Part shown: in pieces, positions 14,663 through 27,000 of the stretch
How positions within the stretch are numbered: position 1 is the stretch's first letter
Layout of the letters: every line of letters begins with the position of its first letter
Assembly (NCBI GenBank): GCA_965153455.1
Contig: OZ234493.1
Span: forward strand, 20,574,213-20,638,212
Source: Sphagnum compactum
Lineage: Eukaryota
Length of the DNA stretch: 64,000 nucleotides
Direction of reading: 5' to 3'
Position numbers and translations under genes: made by a program
Notes under the pieces: generated by a model
Databases searched by the model: none
Told to the model about the DNA's origin: nothing
The model's input: the letters and a program-made list of their open reading frames with translations, nothing else

Positions 14663-14830
14663 TGTTTACATGGACTCAAACTTGAGTTAGAATTAAATTT
14701 AACAAATGTTTACATGGATTAGAACCTAGTTTAGAATTGAACCAAGTGGGTTTATATGAACCCAAACCCAGATTAGACCGAAACTTTGTAGGTTTACATG
14801 AACCTAAACCTAATTTAGAATTGGACTTGA
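14663..14830. repeat. About 41-43 bp degenerate tandem repeat (GTTTACATGGA..AAACC.AG.TTAGAATT)
   Basis: Four units visible by eye. Confidence 0.7.
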
Positions 14831-17800
14831 TATGTCTTTAAAATAGAATTATACATGGTTTGGGTCATAGGGTTAGATAGAGGTTAGGGGTCCTAGGTTT
14901 AGATATGGTTTAAAGTCTATAGGTTCTACGGTTCTCGGTATGAGTTAGGGTTTTAAAATTAGCATAAGGATTATTTTATATACAATTATTAGGATCAAAG
15001 CCCAGATGTTCAAGTTATTCATATTTTTCTAAATTAAAATAATGGTCATTATGGTCATGAGTAAGCATTTGGTTTCATTTCGCATTTAACCAATAATGCA
15101 AATTTCTAAATTGGGGCTAAGTTGTGATTGTTCATAGTCACTTAATTGAAGTCATTTTTTTGGTTTTGATTTTCAATGTTCCATTGTAATGACTACTTTA
15201 TTTGCATTGTGAGTTTTTAGTCCTAGTTGTTTTTGGAAAACATTTATTGATATTTCTAAAACTCTCATCACCATTGTGAGGTTGCTTAATACACACAAAG
15301 AATTCATTTTATGTTATTTTGAAATTGCTTGTGTAATTTCAATATTTTAACATTTATAATTTCGAATAAGCTTTGACCATGACCTTAGAACCGTCCCAAA
15401 TCAAGGTCTAAATTTGGCCTTGCCTTGAACTTAGAACTAATAGGTTTTACATTTAAACCTAAAATCATTGACTTGGGAACCAATAATTAAAAAACTTGGA
15501 CCTAACCTTGGAACTAACAAATTTTATTTATGGAAACATTCGTTAGACCCAAACTGAAAGGTCTTCCATTTTACCAAAAACAATTACACTTGAAATAGAT
15601 GTTTCTTCAAAAACTCAAGAACATACCAACATTAGTCAAAACCTACATCAAAAGATGTTGATCTATCATTTTCTATGGTCGATGATATTTGGAGGTCGTG
15701 AAAGGAAAAGTCACAACACCCACATGAACAAAAGCTGATTTAAAAAATTGCATTTTAAGGTGAAGTCACATTATAATGTACTTTTATGAAAATCACAGTG
15801 GAATCTTTTTTGGTTTAGTCAAGTCTTGTTATGTAAAACTCAAATGCATTTGAGAATTTTGTTAAAACTAAGATGAGAAAGTGAAACACATATTTTAATC
15901 TTCCCAACTTTACAATAATACATCAAAAAAGCAGTAATAAATGGACTTTACAATGTAGGGTACATCTAATGTCACAATCCAAAACAATTATGGTTATGGA
16001 CTTTTTTCTTTTAATGGAATTGGAGGCCATGCTCAAAACTTTGGGAGATTTACTAAGTTGAATGTTTCTAACACTTAAGATGAAAAATTTAAATAACAAA
16101 AGGTCTCTCATTCTTTTTAAGATTGAAAATGAAGACCTCAAAATGGTAAGTAATTATAAAGTCCATTGAGATATCTAAATTCATGTTTTCAAGGCCCATA
16201 TATTTGGAGATGTTTTTAAAAGGTTTAAATAAAGGTGATATGAGCTTGACAGAAAAAAAAAAATGTTAATTTCAACATCATTTTGAAGTTTTTATTGAAA
16301 AATACATTGGATTTGGACTTTAAAATGGACTTTCAATTGCCCATTTTCGTCCATCCTAGTGTGCTTTCACCTTTTAGACAAAAAAAAGTTGAAAATGAAA
16401 AAATGCATTTCCAAAAGATTAAGGAAAAAAAGTCAAATTTTGACCCTTCAAAAGTTTATAACAAAAAAAAATTTAAGATTTAAAAAAAAATTCAAATATG
16501 ACTTTATTATTTCATTCCACAACACATATTTTGTCATTGCAAATAATTTCAAATGAAATTCAATATCAATCTTCAAATTTTTAACATTCCAATCAAACAA
16601 GAATTCCATTTTTTAAATTTCAAAAGTTCACTACTAACAATGAATGCATTATTTTCAAAAAATATATATAACTTTTTCGTAATCAAGTTGTTAATCTCAA
16701 ACCAATTTTCAATTGACAAATTTAAGTTATTTGCCATAAGCATTTAAACACAATGCACACAACAAAAATCAACATTGTGACATCAAAAGTGCCTCGCTAT
16801 ATCTTGCATATTTAATTAGTGACCAAAGGTACCAACAGCAAACATTTCAGCTAATCATGAACTCGTCACAATCAACTAGTTTCCTTCCATGACGACAAAA
16901 CCCCAACAATTCAACACATCACTCTGGTCTTAGCATCGACCTTCTTCAATTCTATTGTTGCTTCAATTTCCTCTCCAACTTGTACCCACCTCCATTGAGC
17001 TATGGTTAGAATACCATGAACTATAGCTATTAGCAAGTAGCTAGGTTTTACCCATTGCATGGGTATTGCTTTACCCGATTGTCCACTCTTCCTCTTTCGA
17101 GTAAATTCATAGACACGTTTTCCTAAACTAGAAAGCACCAACAAGCACCATCATTGCATGACACAACTACCAATTTGCTAATGACTCCCCGAGGTTTTGG
17201 GAGCTCAATTGGCTCCACAATTTTACGTCTTGCACTGGGTTTTTTGTGTTGCAATATCATGTATTTCAAATTTGCAACATTATTTGTATCACGGACTCCA
17301 TTCAATTGAAAGTATCATGGAATGTTAAACCCATCCTTGAATACAAAACATAAGCTCCGAGCATTACATTACTCTTCAGTACCAAGCCACCTTTGAAAGC
17401 ATGTGTTAACATCAACCTTCCTATGCTCATTTGCACATAGATATTAATTTAAAATCTATGAGATTTGAACACTTTGCGGCCCTTGAAGCTAATGTGCATA
17501 ATGTGGATGCTATCCCACAGGGAAGGAGTGACTATCAATACAAATTTGCCTATGCATTGGTCATAGTCATTTCGGTTGTGATTATGAGCTTGCTGAGCCA
17601 ACGTGGTGCAAATCAAGGGAAACTAACATGTACTCCAGAGATATGGTCTATTAGAAAAGGTCTTTTGTGCACAAATCCTAATATCAAAAATAGTAAGGGT
17701 AAAATGCCAATGGCCCTTACATAATGGTTTTATCATTTTGCCAATCTTAGCATCACTACTGAAGGCCACTTGCAAGTAAAATTGCATAAACAAAAAGAAC

Positions 17801-18080
17801 TACAACCTATGAAGAACGCCAATCATGGGGAAGACCTCAAGGTCTGTCCATATAATCTATAAATTAATCCATCGCATCCTTTGATATTGTAGTTTATATA
17901 GTGCAGTAGGACCTCAATCCTCAACAGGCCTTTGCAGCATTGCATTGAGCATTTCAATAATATCTTCCTTATCATGTGCTCCATCACAGAGCTCGGTTCG
18001 ACACACATGGCAACTCACCTCAATTGATGCTTCAATGTGAAACAGATAATGTTTTGCCACAGAACTCTATAACATTGAGC

Positions 18081-18487
18081 CTGCAGAAAAAATGCAAATA
18101 CAGAAATCCAGAAAGAGGTTCATCCTGATTCCCCAAGCTTGCATCTGTCAAACACTGTCAAATAAGGCCTTTACCACTGGCTTTGCTCTGACAAATTGAC
18201 AATTCCATGTTGGGAAGTAAATATCAGCTACTGGGTAGGACAATGGCCCTCAAGTAAATATCTGCTAATGGGTAGGACAGTGGCCCTCCTCGTATTCATG
18301 CTCAGCACCCCAAAAACCATCCTTGCCTCTTCTGTAATGTGGGTTGGTCTTTGGTCCTTTATGTACATCATCGAGGTCAACTAGTAGGCCAAGACTTCTT
18401 GAAGAATCAAAAAAAACTTAGCAGGACGACTGAAACTCACAAGGGCGTTAAAAACCCTTTGTCCAGTGTGCACTAGCTGCCGCAGAC
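18081..18487 (-). other. Putative 3'-UTR intron of the cereblon gene
   Basis: Minus-strand donor AAG|GTCTGC at 18487 and strong acceptor ATTTGCATTTTTTCTGCAG ending at 18081. Confidence 0.5.
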
Positions 18488-18534
18488 CTTCACCAACCAA
18501 AACAAATTAACAGCTTTCACTTCACTTCTGACTC

Positions 18535-21500
18535 CTAACAGTTCTCTGCTAGCTGTGACCTTCGAATTCCCCAAAAAGCTCTTGGTCTGGTTTCCTTTGC
18601 AACTGCTTTAAAACGCCAGCCCATATGTTCTGCACATGCTGTACACTCTGCTAGGGTCCATGCATACCTGCTTCCATCCCTTTATCATCAGAGTTGAACT
18701 CCATTCCTCAACGAAGACATGAGGAGATAAGGCACTCTGACAAGCATCCTGAAAACAATCTAGGAATTCCACAAATGCAAGGTTGGTACAAGTCCAGGTG
18801 TTAAGATGCACATAGCAAACAAATCTACAGCTTCAATTTCGGGATTCTAATTTGTTTGTAACCTTGTGTACTTGACATATAGATCTAAACTTCAACATAA
18901 ACAACAAAATAACCTACCCAGGGAACCAACTATTGGTTGTCTGCGGTTGTCCAGCTAGAATGAGCCCACGTGCACGGGCAAGTGTTAGAGTCTCATGGAC
19001 ATAACCATGGGCATTGACATATGCAGTGATGGGCCCATCAGAAGACATCACCAGCATGTCACTCCGCCTTGCAATTATAGACTGTCAATGACAGATACCA
19101 CAACACCGTGGTTATAAGGTGATTCAACCATAATCAGAATAGCAGTCAATAGTTGCACCAATGTACTCAGGTAATATGATATTGCATCAAGGAAACTGTC
19201 TGTCATGGCATGAACATTCAGATGCAGAAAACACAGACAGAGATGTGCCAAGGTGTGCATACAAAGCAGCACTTGCAGCGCAACTGATCCATGGTCTCCA
19301 GAAGCTCAATTTCTCGACGCAGTCGATGTACAGTGCCATCAACCTCAAGGAGTTCCTGGCGGGTAGCATCCTGGAGTGGCATATTGCTAGCAATATGGTA
19401 GGACAAAAGGTTGGGGCTTCGGACCATAGCTTCCATCCTTGGGAGGTCAGCCATTTGCCTTAGCATGTCTGTCCACAAGATACAGGCAGTCAAACACCAG
19501 GCTTCCAGTTCTCCATTTGGTTGAATATGTGGCTCAAGTGGATACAAGGTTCCAGAAAGAAACACAGACCAGCCTGCACTCACACAGTAAAGAACAAAAA
19601 AGGCTTCATGATTCCAGCACTTACCAGCAGCTCGTCGTGCCAGCTCATAGGCATCAAACTGAGAGTACACCCAATGTGGCCAGGCAGTGCGCTGTGCTCG
19701 CCACCGCCACTTGGATGCATCAACAGCCCATGCCTTATAAGCTCCACCCCAACCCCCCTCCCCTGGTCTTTTAAGGCCACTTCCATTACCATAGTCTACA
19801 TTACCATTACCATAGTCTACTGCTAGTGGTGTTCCCTGGTCCTGACTATCCATGTCTTCACTCTCTAGGTTCTCAACACTCCCTAAGCCTTCTCCAGCCA
19901 CAAGGCCTTCTCCATCATGACCAGGGGTCTCTGGACCTTGGTGGTGTACTCTTTGTATCTGCCCCAGCCAATGCAGTCTCCCTTCTTCATCATTGTTCTC
20001 CTCATCGCCCATTTCTCTCTGAATAACACGTAGAAGATCATTACTTGCAGCTGCAAATTGAGTCAACCTACAGCACAGTCACAACACAAAGCAAAGCAGA
20101 CCTACTTGTAAGGGTTTGAGAGATTTGCCATTTTTTTATATAGAAAAGAATACTGAGCATCTTATATCTGTACCATAAATAACACACTACTCCACCTTCC
20201 ATGCACTACCTGCAAGAAATACCTTCAACATCTACAATTGGAGAACATGAGACACTCTTGCCTTTCAGACATGTGTTCAAGAAGCATATCTTACCGTCAC
20301 CTGATGTTCATCTCATTGACTGAAAGATTGTGTGAAACTACAAAACAAACCTCCTCCCTAGATTTTGGAAGTCCTAAATGTGAGGTACACACAACTGCTG
20401 GGCAGATAGCATGGCTCACCTACGTAAAACTCTCTCCTCTTCAGTGCCTGAGTCTGAATCTGAAACTTCAAGCTCAACTGTCTCATCATCACTCAGTTCA
20501 TAGGCCAGAGGTGATGCCACCACTGCTCGTGGAACTTTACCACTCTGAAATGCAGGTACAGAAGCTAGCAACCCAAATGCATCTCGTGGTATATGTAGTG
20601 GAGTCTCCTCATCAATAATCAGAACTTGAGCAATCAGCTGCACATCACACATATCACACAGGTGAAGTCAATCTCTAGTGTTTCTCCATATGATCATGAC
20701 CCTGCATGAGAACTGTAAAGCAGCATCCTCCCATAACTAAACCTCTTATCCTTGCTCATCCCCACTCAGGTATATATCCTGTCCTGCATGGATTGTACAT
20801 TAAAGTTGTGAGGAACATAGAGAATACTAAGTAGTACCACTCCATCAGCCTCTGTCTGTGCATTGCAAACTCGAAAGCGCTGTCGGCCCTTTGCAACCAC
20901 ATTCATTGAGCCATCAGTGAGCTGGCGCAATTGTCGAATCTGCCCAATTAAGCCCGACCACAGATAACAACATCATAGCTCATACATGGAGGGGCCCCAC
21001 AGTGTTTCTCTTTCCAGTACATGAGGGAACCTCTTCAACCCAAATCTAGCAAAATGCAGCTATAGATTAGATACAAATGGACGTGTAGAGGACAAGCACT
21101 GAGAGTGGCAATTCAAACTGAACCGCTTCATAGCTGTTTAACAGGAACTCTTCATTGTATAATTCCAAGAGGGTGATACCTCTGCAGTGGTCCCCACAGA
21201 TGCAACATGGACTTGCCCATCTTGTGGCCTGGCTCGCACATGTATCTGCAATAAACACCCCTGAATACATGTAAGGCACACACCGTTGCCAAGTAGGTGA
21301 ACAGCTTACTAGCCAATTGCAGATTGATCAAAACTAACTACATTGCTACTTTCTCAGACCTGCAACTAAATCAGCACAAACACTCAAACACACTTGCATA
21401 ACAAACTCCTTAAACAACTTTTGCCCACTATTTTCATCATCTGTGCCTAACAGAAAGCACATATCAAATAGTTTAGATTTTGACAAAGGTAAACAAAATT

Positions 21501-23520
21501 CACATCATAATTTCTACTAGATGAGACAAAGGCTCAAGTCCTAAATATAGCTAGACTGCTGAACTTCTGTTAACAAAGAGAGGTAATGAAGGCTTAGCTA
21601 TGATTCTCATACTGCTCCTACTCTCACCTCTCTTGATCCAAGGCTTAGGGTGATACAATTTGAAGACGTACCACACCAAGCATATTAGGTGCTTCAACAC
21701 TATGCCTTGCACGATCCACAGCGGCCAAGAATCGTGGTTGAAGCACACGAAGTGGAAGTGTGTCCCCTGGAAAGAGAACTATCCCTGCAAAAGCCAAACT
21801 TGATGATCAGGTACCTTAAAATACAACATGCTCCCTATCAAGCTACAATAAAGTATGTATAGAACAGCAGTTCATAACTCCTTTAACATGGATGTGAAGC
21901 TCACCCTCCAGGTAAAACATCGCTAGTGTCAGTACTGCACCTGCATCAGCAAAAGAGCGACTACTTGTGACATCATCCACCTCTGCACAGGTTTAAGCAA
22001 GCATCAGAACCCTCACAATCAGGTGATATCCACACACTGAGATATGGCCAAACACCCATCAGGCAAATCATGGACTTGTACAAGTGCACATCAATCTGAT
22101 ACAGCTGTCAGACAATGAGACTCAGATGAACTTCCCAGTCATGGGTTTAGGGTTTAGTTGTGCAAGTACATAATTGTTTTCATGTGACCTCATTTCTCTG
22201 ATAAAAAAAAATTACTTCTGAGGGATCATGGGAACAGGAGGTGAGAGATGAAGAAATCTGCTCAAGAAAGAGGACATGCTAGATTCCCAACAAGTAAACC
22301 CTGCAAAAGAGAAACCTAGCACTCATAATTGGACTCATTTAGTACCATTGTTTTGACCAGAACAGACCTCCAAGATAAGTATGCATGGAAGCAAGATTGG
22401 TGTCAAATGTGAAGCCACCATGAGCACCTCCACCTCCATCACCACGGCCTGCCATACTGACCATGCACTGGGTCCCAACTTCTTAGTAACCAGTATTTTA
22501 TTCTTGGACCTCAACACTCTTCCAAGGACACTGTCAGCAATGCTACAAGATCTTTCAGTGCAACTTCTACTTTGCAGCATGCCTTTTGAACTGGATACAT
22601 TCCAAAACTGGCAAACAACAAATGGAGTGGTCTCAACTCTCAACACCAACTTGTGTCCACTTCTCTCTCTATTGACAGATTGTTGGCATTCAGATGCAAA
22701 GAGATTCTTCACCCATAAGTCCAGCACTGCAGGTAACCTTGTTGTATGCATACAGCAAGCATAGAGAGAGAGACATAGGAACATTCTCATTATCCCTTGA
22801 TGGTCTGAAAGGAAGGGGGGAGAATGAGCACACAGGCTTCAGTAAAAGTGAGCCCTAAAAACCGTATAATTGGACAGCAAGTCTAGAATCCTCAGAGCAA
22901 GTCTTCTGATACTTTTTATCCTATAGCAGATCAGTTGTGCTCTTGAAGAGTCTAGATATCTTGCCCCTGCTAACATATCACCCAGGTGTGTAGTAAGGAA
23001 CCTGACATCCAAATCTACATCTCAGGAGGATGAAGCAGTGGCAACCAGTCTATGACAAATGTATAAACCCAACCCCACCTCCAAAGAGAAGATCTTTAAG
23101 AAGTTAGTGCTGTGAAGTTCTACAAGGAGAGCAGCAGTTTTATGATGAGCCCAGATGCACAAATGAAAGCAAAAGTAGAAGTTATTTTCTCAAGATGCTA
23201 CTGATCATCGACCAGACAAGCTGACAAGAACATGTTGCTTGCAGCAGGCATAGAAGTGCAATGATGCAAAACACAAGAACAAGGGATTGATGGAAACACC
23301 TAGAATCATCGTCACTCAGAATGCTGGTCGAATCATAGTCAATATCCTCCACCTCCAATTGCTCCATATCAAGCTCCCGGAAATGTTGCCGTTGTATCTG
23401 CTCAAAGCCGGCCCGCTCATCCTCGTCAGACGGCGGAGGTAATCCCGATCCAGTACTCGGCTCCACTATGTCCTCCTCCACACCACCATTCCTCAAACCT
23501 CCGTCAATCCCACCCTCCAT
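18535..23520 (-). CDS. CRBN: Cereblon homologue (CUL4-DDB1 substrate receptor; LON-N plus CULT/Yippee-like domain), 11 coding exons, 610 aa
   Basis: Exons (minus): 23520-23300, 22456-22368, 21982-21905, 21784-21672, 21245-21180, 20939-20838, 20637-20420, 20067-19625, 19468-19263, 19081-18918, 18667-18535. All introns are GT-AG, phases join, total 1833 nt. Motifs: FDTNLASMHTYLGEVDD, MFYLEGIVLFPGDTLPLR, SVGTTAEIRQ, KGRQRF, WPHWVYSQFDAYELA, RQELLEVDG, RCKCC, AYVNAHGYVHE, NSWFPGYAWTLAECTAC, HMGWRF, FWGIRRSQ. The exon 2 acceptor is weak and is the least certain junction. Confidence 0.95.
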
Positions 23521-23820
23521 GCTTATTGAGCGCACACACACACCCAAGCCAAGGGGGGTGGGTGGGTCTCAACGCCTTGGGTCAGTCCCCTCCTCCGTCA
23601 GTCACCTACGGTTGCATCCCTGACTTCGTTAGACCCTGCCCCCATCTCATGCACAATCTTCTTCGCAAGTTTGATGCATAAGGAACACGTCCTTCACAAA
23701 CCGCCTTCCACGTTCTTGCTCCCTCCCTTTGCGTTCCACACATGAAGAGGACAAAATTCTTCCCCAATTCAGCCTCTACCTTCCACCACAAGACCTCAGT
23801 CTTGAGTCACGACCTCGTAT

Positions 23821-24091
23821 CTGAAACCACGAGAGAGAATCACCCACACCCAAGCAAGAAAAAAGAACCCAAAAAACTCCGCGACCTAACATCCTTCCAT
23901 CTCCCTCCTTCCTAAAATCTTGCATACCCGGAATCCACCACCCCTATCTCTACCAGAATTCCAGTGCCCATCAATCTGTACACACTGTAGCATCATGCAT
24001 TCTCAGCCCGCGAAGAAAAACACCCATCCGCGAGCGAGGGATCCACCCTACTGCTTGGAATCCACCCATCACGAGGACCCGGGATACTCAC
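23821..24091 (-). other. Putative 5'-UTR intron of the cereblon gene
   Basis: Minus-strand donor TTG|GTGAGTA at 24091 and pyrimidine-rich acceptor TTCTCTCTCGTGGTTTCAG ending at 23821. CT/CTT microsatellites lie further upstream (about 24200-24500), typical of plant 5' leaders. Confidence 0.55.
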
Positions 24092-27000
24092 CAACACAAC
24101 TCATCGAGGAAGAAAAACCAAGAGCGACCAAACAAAAAGAAAAAAACAGCCCGAGCAAAAAACCAACAGCATCCCAAAAACTGGGACTAAATTTGTCGAA
24201 GAAGAAGAAGAAGAAGAAGAAGGATCATCACCATCCAGGAGACGAGGAGATTACCCCCTCCCCACCCCCCCAAAAAAAAACACACGCATACACACACACA
24301 CACGAATGCGCGCGTGAAAGAAAACACCGCAAATTTAGGAGAGACCTGAAAAGCTCAATCAAATCTTAGCCGATGAAAGCAGCCACCCATCGTTGCCGGC
24401 CGCCGCCATTTCAATTGCCGAAGTTGAAGAACAACAACCCACAAAACAAAAGAAGAAGAAGAAGAAGAAGAAGAAGAGAGAGAGAGAGGGGGGGAAGAAA
24501 AAAAAAAACTTTCCTAGAACTAGGAATGGGTGATGGCAATAACAAGACTGGGTATGTGGAAGAATGGCTGGCTACCGCCATTCCTCCTCCAACCTCCTCC
24601 GCCTCAGTCCATCCGTGGCTCCTCACAGATGTGAGGCTAAAAATTTGCTTCACAAAAACAAACACAAATGTATGTGCATGAGGATGTGCAATTGTACATA
24701 CTGGACGTACAAATACGAAACCGACTAAGAAGAAGAAGAAGAGGAAGAAAAATACTTACAAGACAAAACCAACCGTGTGACAGAATTTGGTATGTACGTA
24801 TTTCCCAGAATGTATGTACATAGTACATATACCTGTATTATATGAGGTAAACAAGGCCCTTGGACAGGGGCGTTACCAGAATACAGTTGTTTTTTTTCTT
24901 TAAATAATTTTTTAAATTTAAAATAATTAATAAACTGACTTTTAAATTTTTTTTTAAAAAATTAATTAATTTAATGTAGGTAGATTATACTTACTTTGCA
25001 GGCGCAGGAGGGTACCTTATGCCTATTAAGTAGGTGTGAGCTGCCTCCTCTTTTCAAGGAAGGCTATATTCCTGGATTTAAGGTGTTCTCCGTTTACACT
25101 AAACAATCTAGCCCAGTGCTTTTTAAGTATAAGGGAAGAAGGCCTGATCCCAAGGGCCTCCTCCCCTAATTTGAGGGTCATAGCTTAAGGGTCATATGGG
25201 ACTTGGACTTACTGTACTGGAGGTTTGATCCTGAAATTAAGGGCCACCCTTGGGATTTTTGGCCCTAAAATTAGGGGTGCGGGAATAAGACCTTTGGCGG
25301 TATAAGGTACAAAAAGGTTTGTATGACATGGTGTCTTCTACTACTGATGAATGTATCTTCTTCCACGTGGGGAGGTGCTTTCCAATACAAAGAAAAATGA
25401 GCTTGCAGCAGGATGGACATAAACCTGGGTGGCCATTATACTTTACCCTGTGCAAGCAAGATAAGCTGCTGTTCTGCAGCAAGATAAGTTGTTCCAGCAA
25501 GAGCCCCACTGCAATAAGCATTTGGGTGAACCATTGCAATGAGAAATCAACTTTTGGGGTTTATTGGTTGAACAAAGGACATTTGAGTGGACCCATGATC
25601 GACCATGATCTTCTCGGCTTCCAAAACTTGATCATTTATGAAACCAAAGGAATCCTTTCGCGATTGCAAAATTCACACCTAGAAATTTTAGGTCTTGATA
25701 AACCCTTAAATTTCATTATAAGAGAAAAGCAAGGGAGGAGGGGAAAGCTTTTGACCACAAATTTTGATTTCATCCAAAAAAGAACTTGATGAAATCATGT
25801 TGGCATGACCAAATTTTGCAACTTTGATTGATGCAATTGAAACTTGCATAACAAAAAACCATTAAGCATATCATTCACATCCATTGTTAGGTGTAGTAGC
25901 CCAATGGGTTCAAGCATTGAAGTGAAGTCCCAAGGGCTTGGGTTCCTTGTCTCTTTTACCCTAGTAGAATCAAACATCAAAACATCATTAAGAAAACCTT
26001 CAAAATCTTTATGCTCTATGTGTGGTGAAGGAACAAAGTTACCTTATTTAGTCACTCCATCCGAAACACTACTTTAAAACCCAAGTAGCAATAAATATAC
26101 CATATGTTTCACTTGGTGCCCACTTTCTTAGTTTTGCCCATAAATTGGAATCCCCATCCTGACAAACAAAAACTATACGAAATTTGAAACTATTTTCAAA
26201 GTTTTAAATAATTTGTTACTTGGAGTGATTCCCAGACTTGGCATCAGATACTACCACGGATTGGCTTTTGATACATAGATGTGTGTGTCCAAGTGCTCGC
26301 TCTCTTATTAAGTTTGGCGCTACTCCACCCCCAAATACAAACAAACAAACAAACAAACAAACAAAACAAAATAAACAATTATTCAAGTGACCTGACAATT
26401 TATTTATTTTTGCAATTATTTTGCTTCTTCCAGAAAACCGTTCAGTTGTCCTAATATATGCCGACCAAATGTGATTTTGCGAGAGTATTTTATACCCCGA
26501 CCTACCTATACCTTTGAAGCACAACAAAGGTGCACTCCTAGGTACATGGAAAACACCTTTCTATCTAGGTGTTCAAACTAGGTATGTAGCTGGGCTGTTG
26601 TTGTTGGTTTGAGAACAACAAAAGAAGCCAATGAAATAATGTCTTCTGCTGCACATACCAAATAGCCCACCCCCACCCCCCCCCCCCCCCCCCCCCCCCC
26701 CCCCGCCCCCATTCCAGGAATGTTTTTCTTCGGACTAAGTACTAAGTACTCAATGGCTAAATCATATTGGGAGGAGGGGGGGCGGGGGGGAGAGGTAAAA
26801 TAGCATCTTCTTCTAGCGTCCCCCAAGTAATATGTGCTGGTTTTTATTGAACCCCTGCTGCTGCTGCTGCTGCAAAATCACTTTTGGAAAAAAGGAAGAA
26901 AGGAATAAAATCACTCTTGTTTGAGTGTAAGACCCACCACAGCTGCTTACTGACATTCTTGGTATTTTGTTTTTTTTCCTTTTTCAAAGCTTCTGTAGTC

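Noticed and set aside
19218-20066. 282-aa standalone ORF
   Set aside because: It is cereblon exons 8-9 plus the stop-free intron, not a separate gene.
22335-22790. 151-aa (-) and 127-aa (+) overlapping ORFs
   Set aside because: They lie in cereblon intron 1/exon 2, out of frame or antisense, with no recognisable domain.
23920-24828. Lys/Arg- or Leu-rich ORFs
   Set aside because: Artefacts of GAA/GA microsatellites in the cereblon 5' leader and promoter.
25237-26077. ORF cluster of 61-156 aa
   Set aside because: No recognisable motifs or coherent splice structure; probably decayed repeat.
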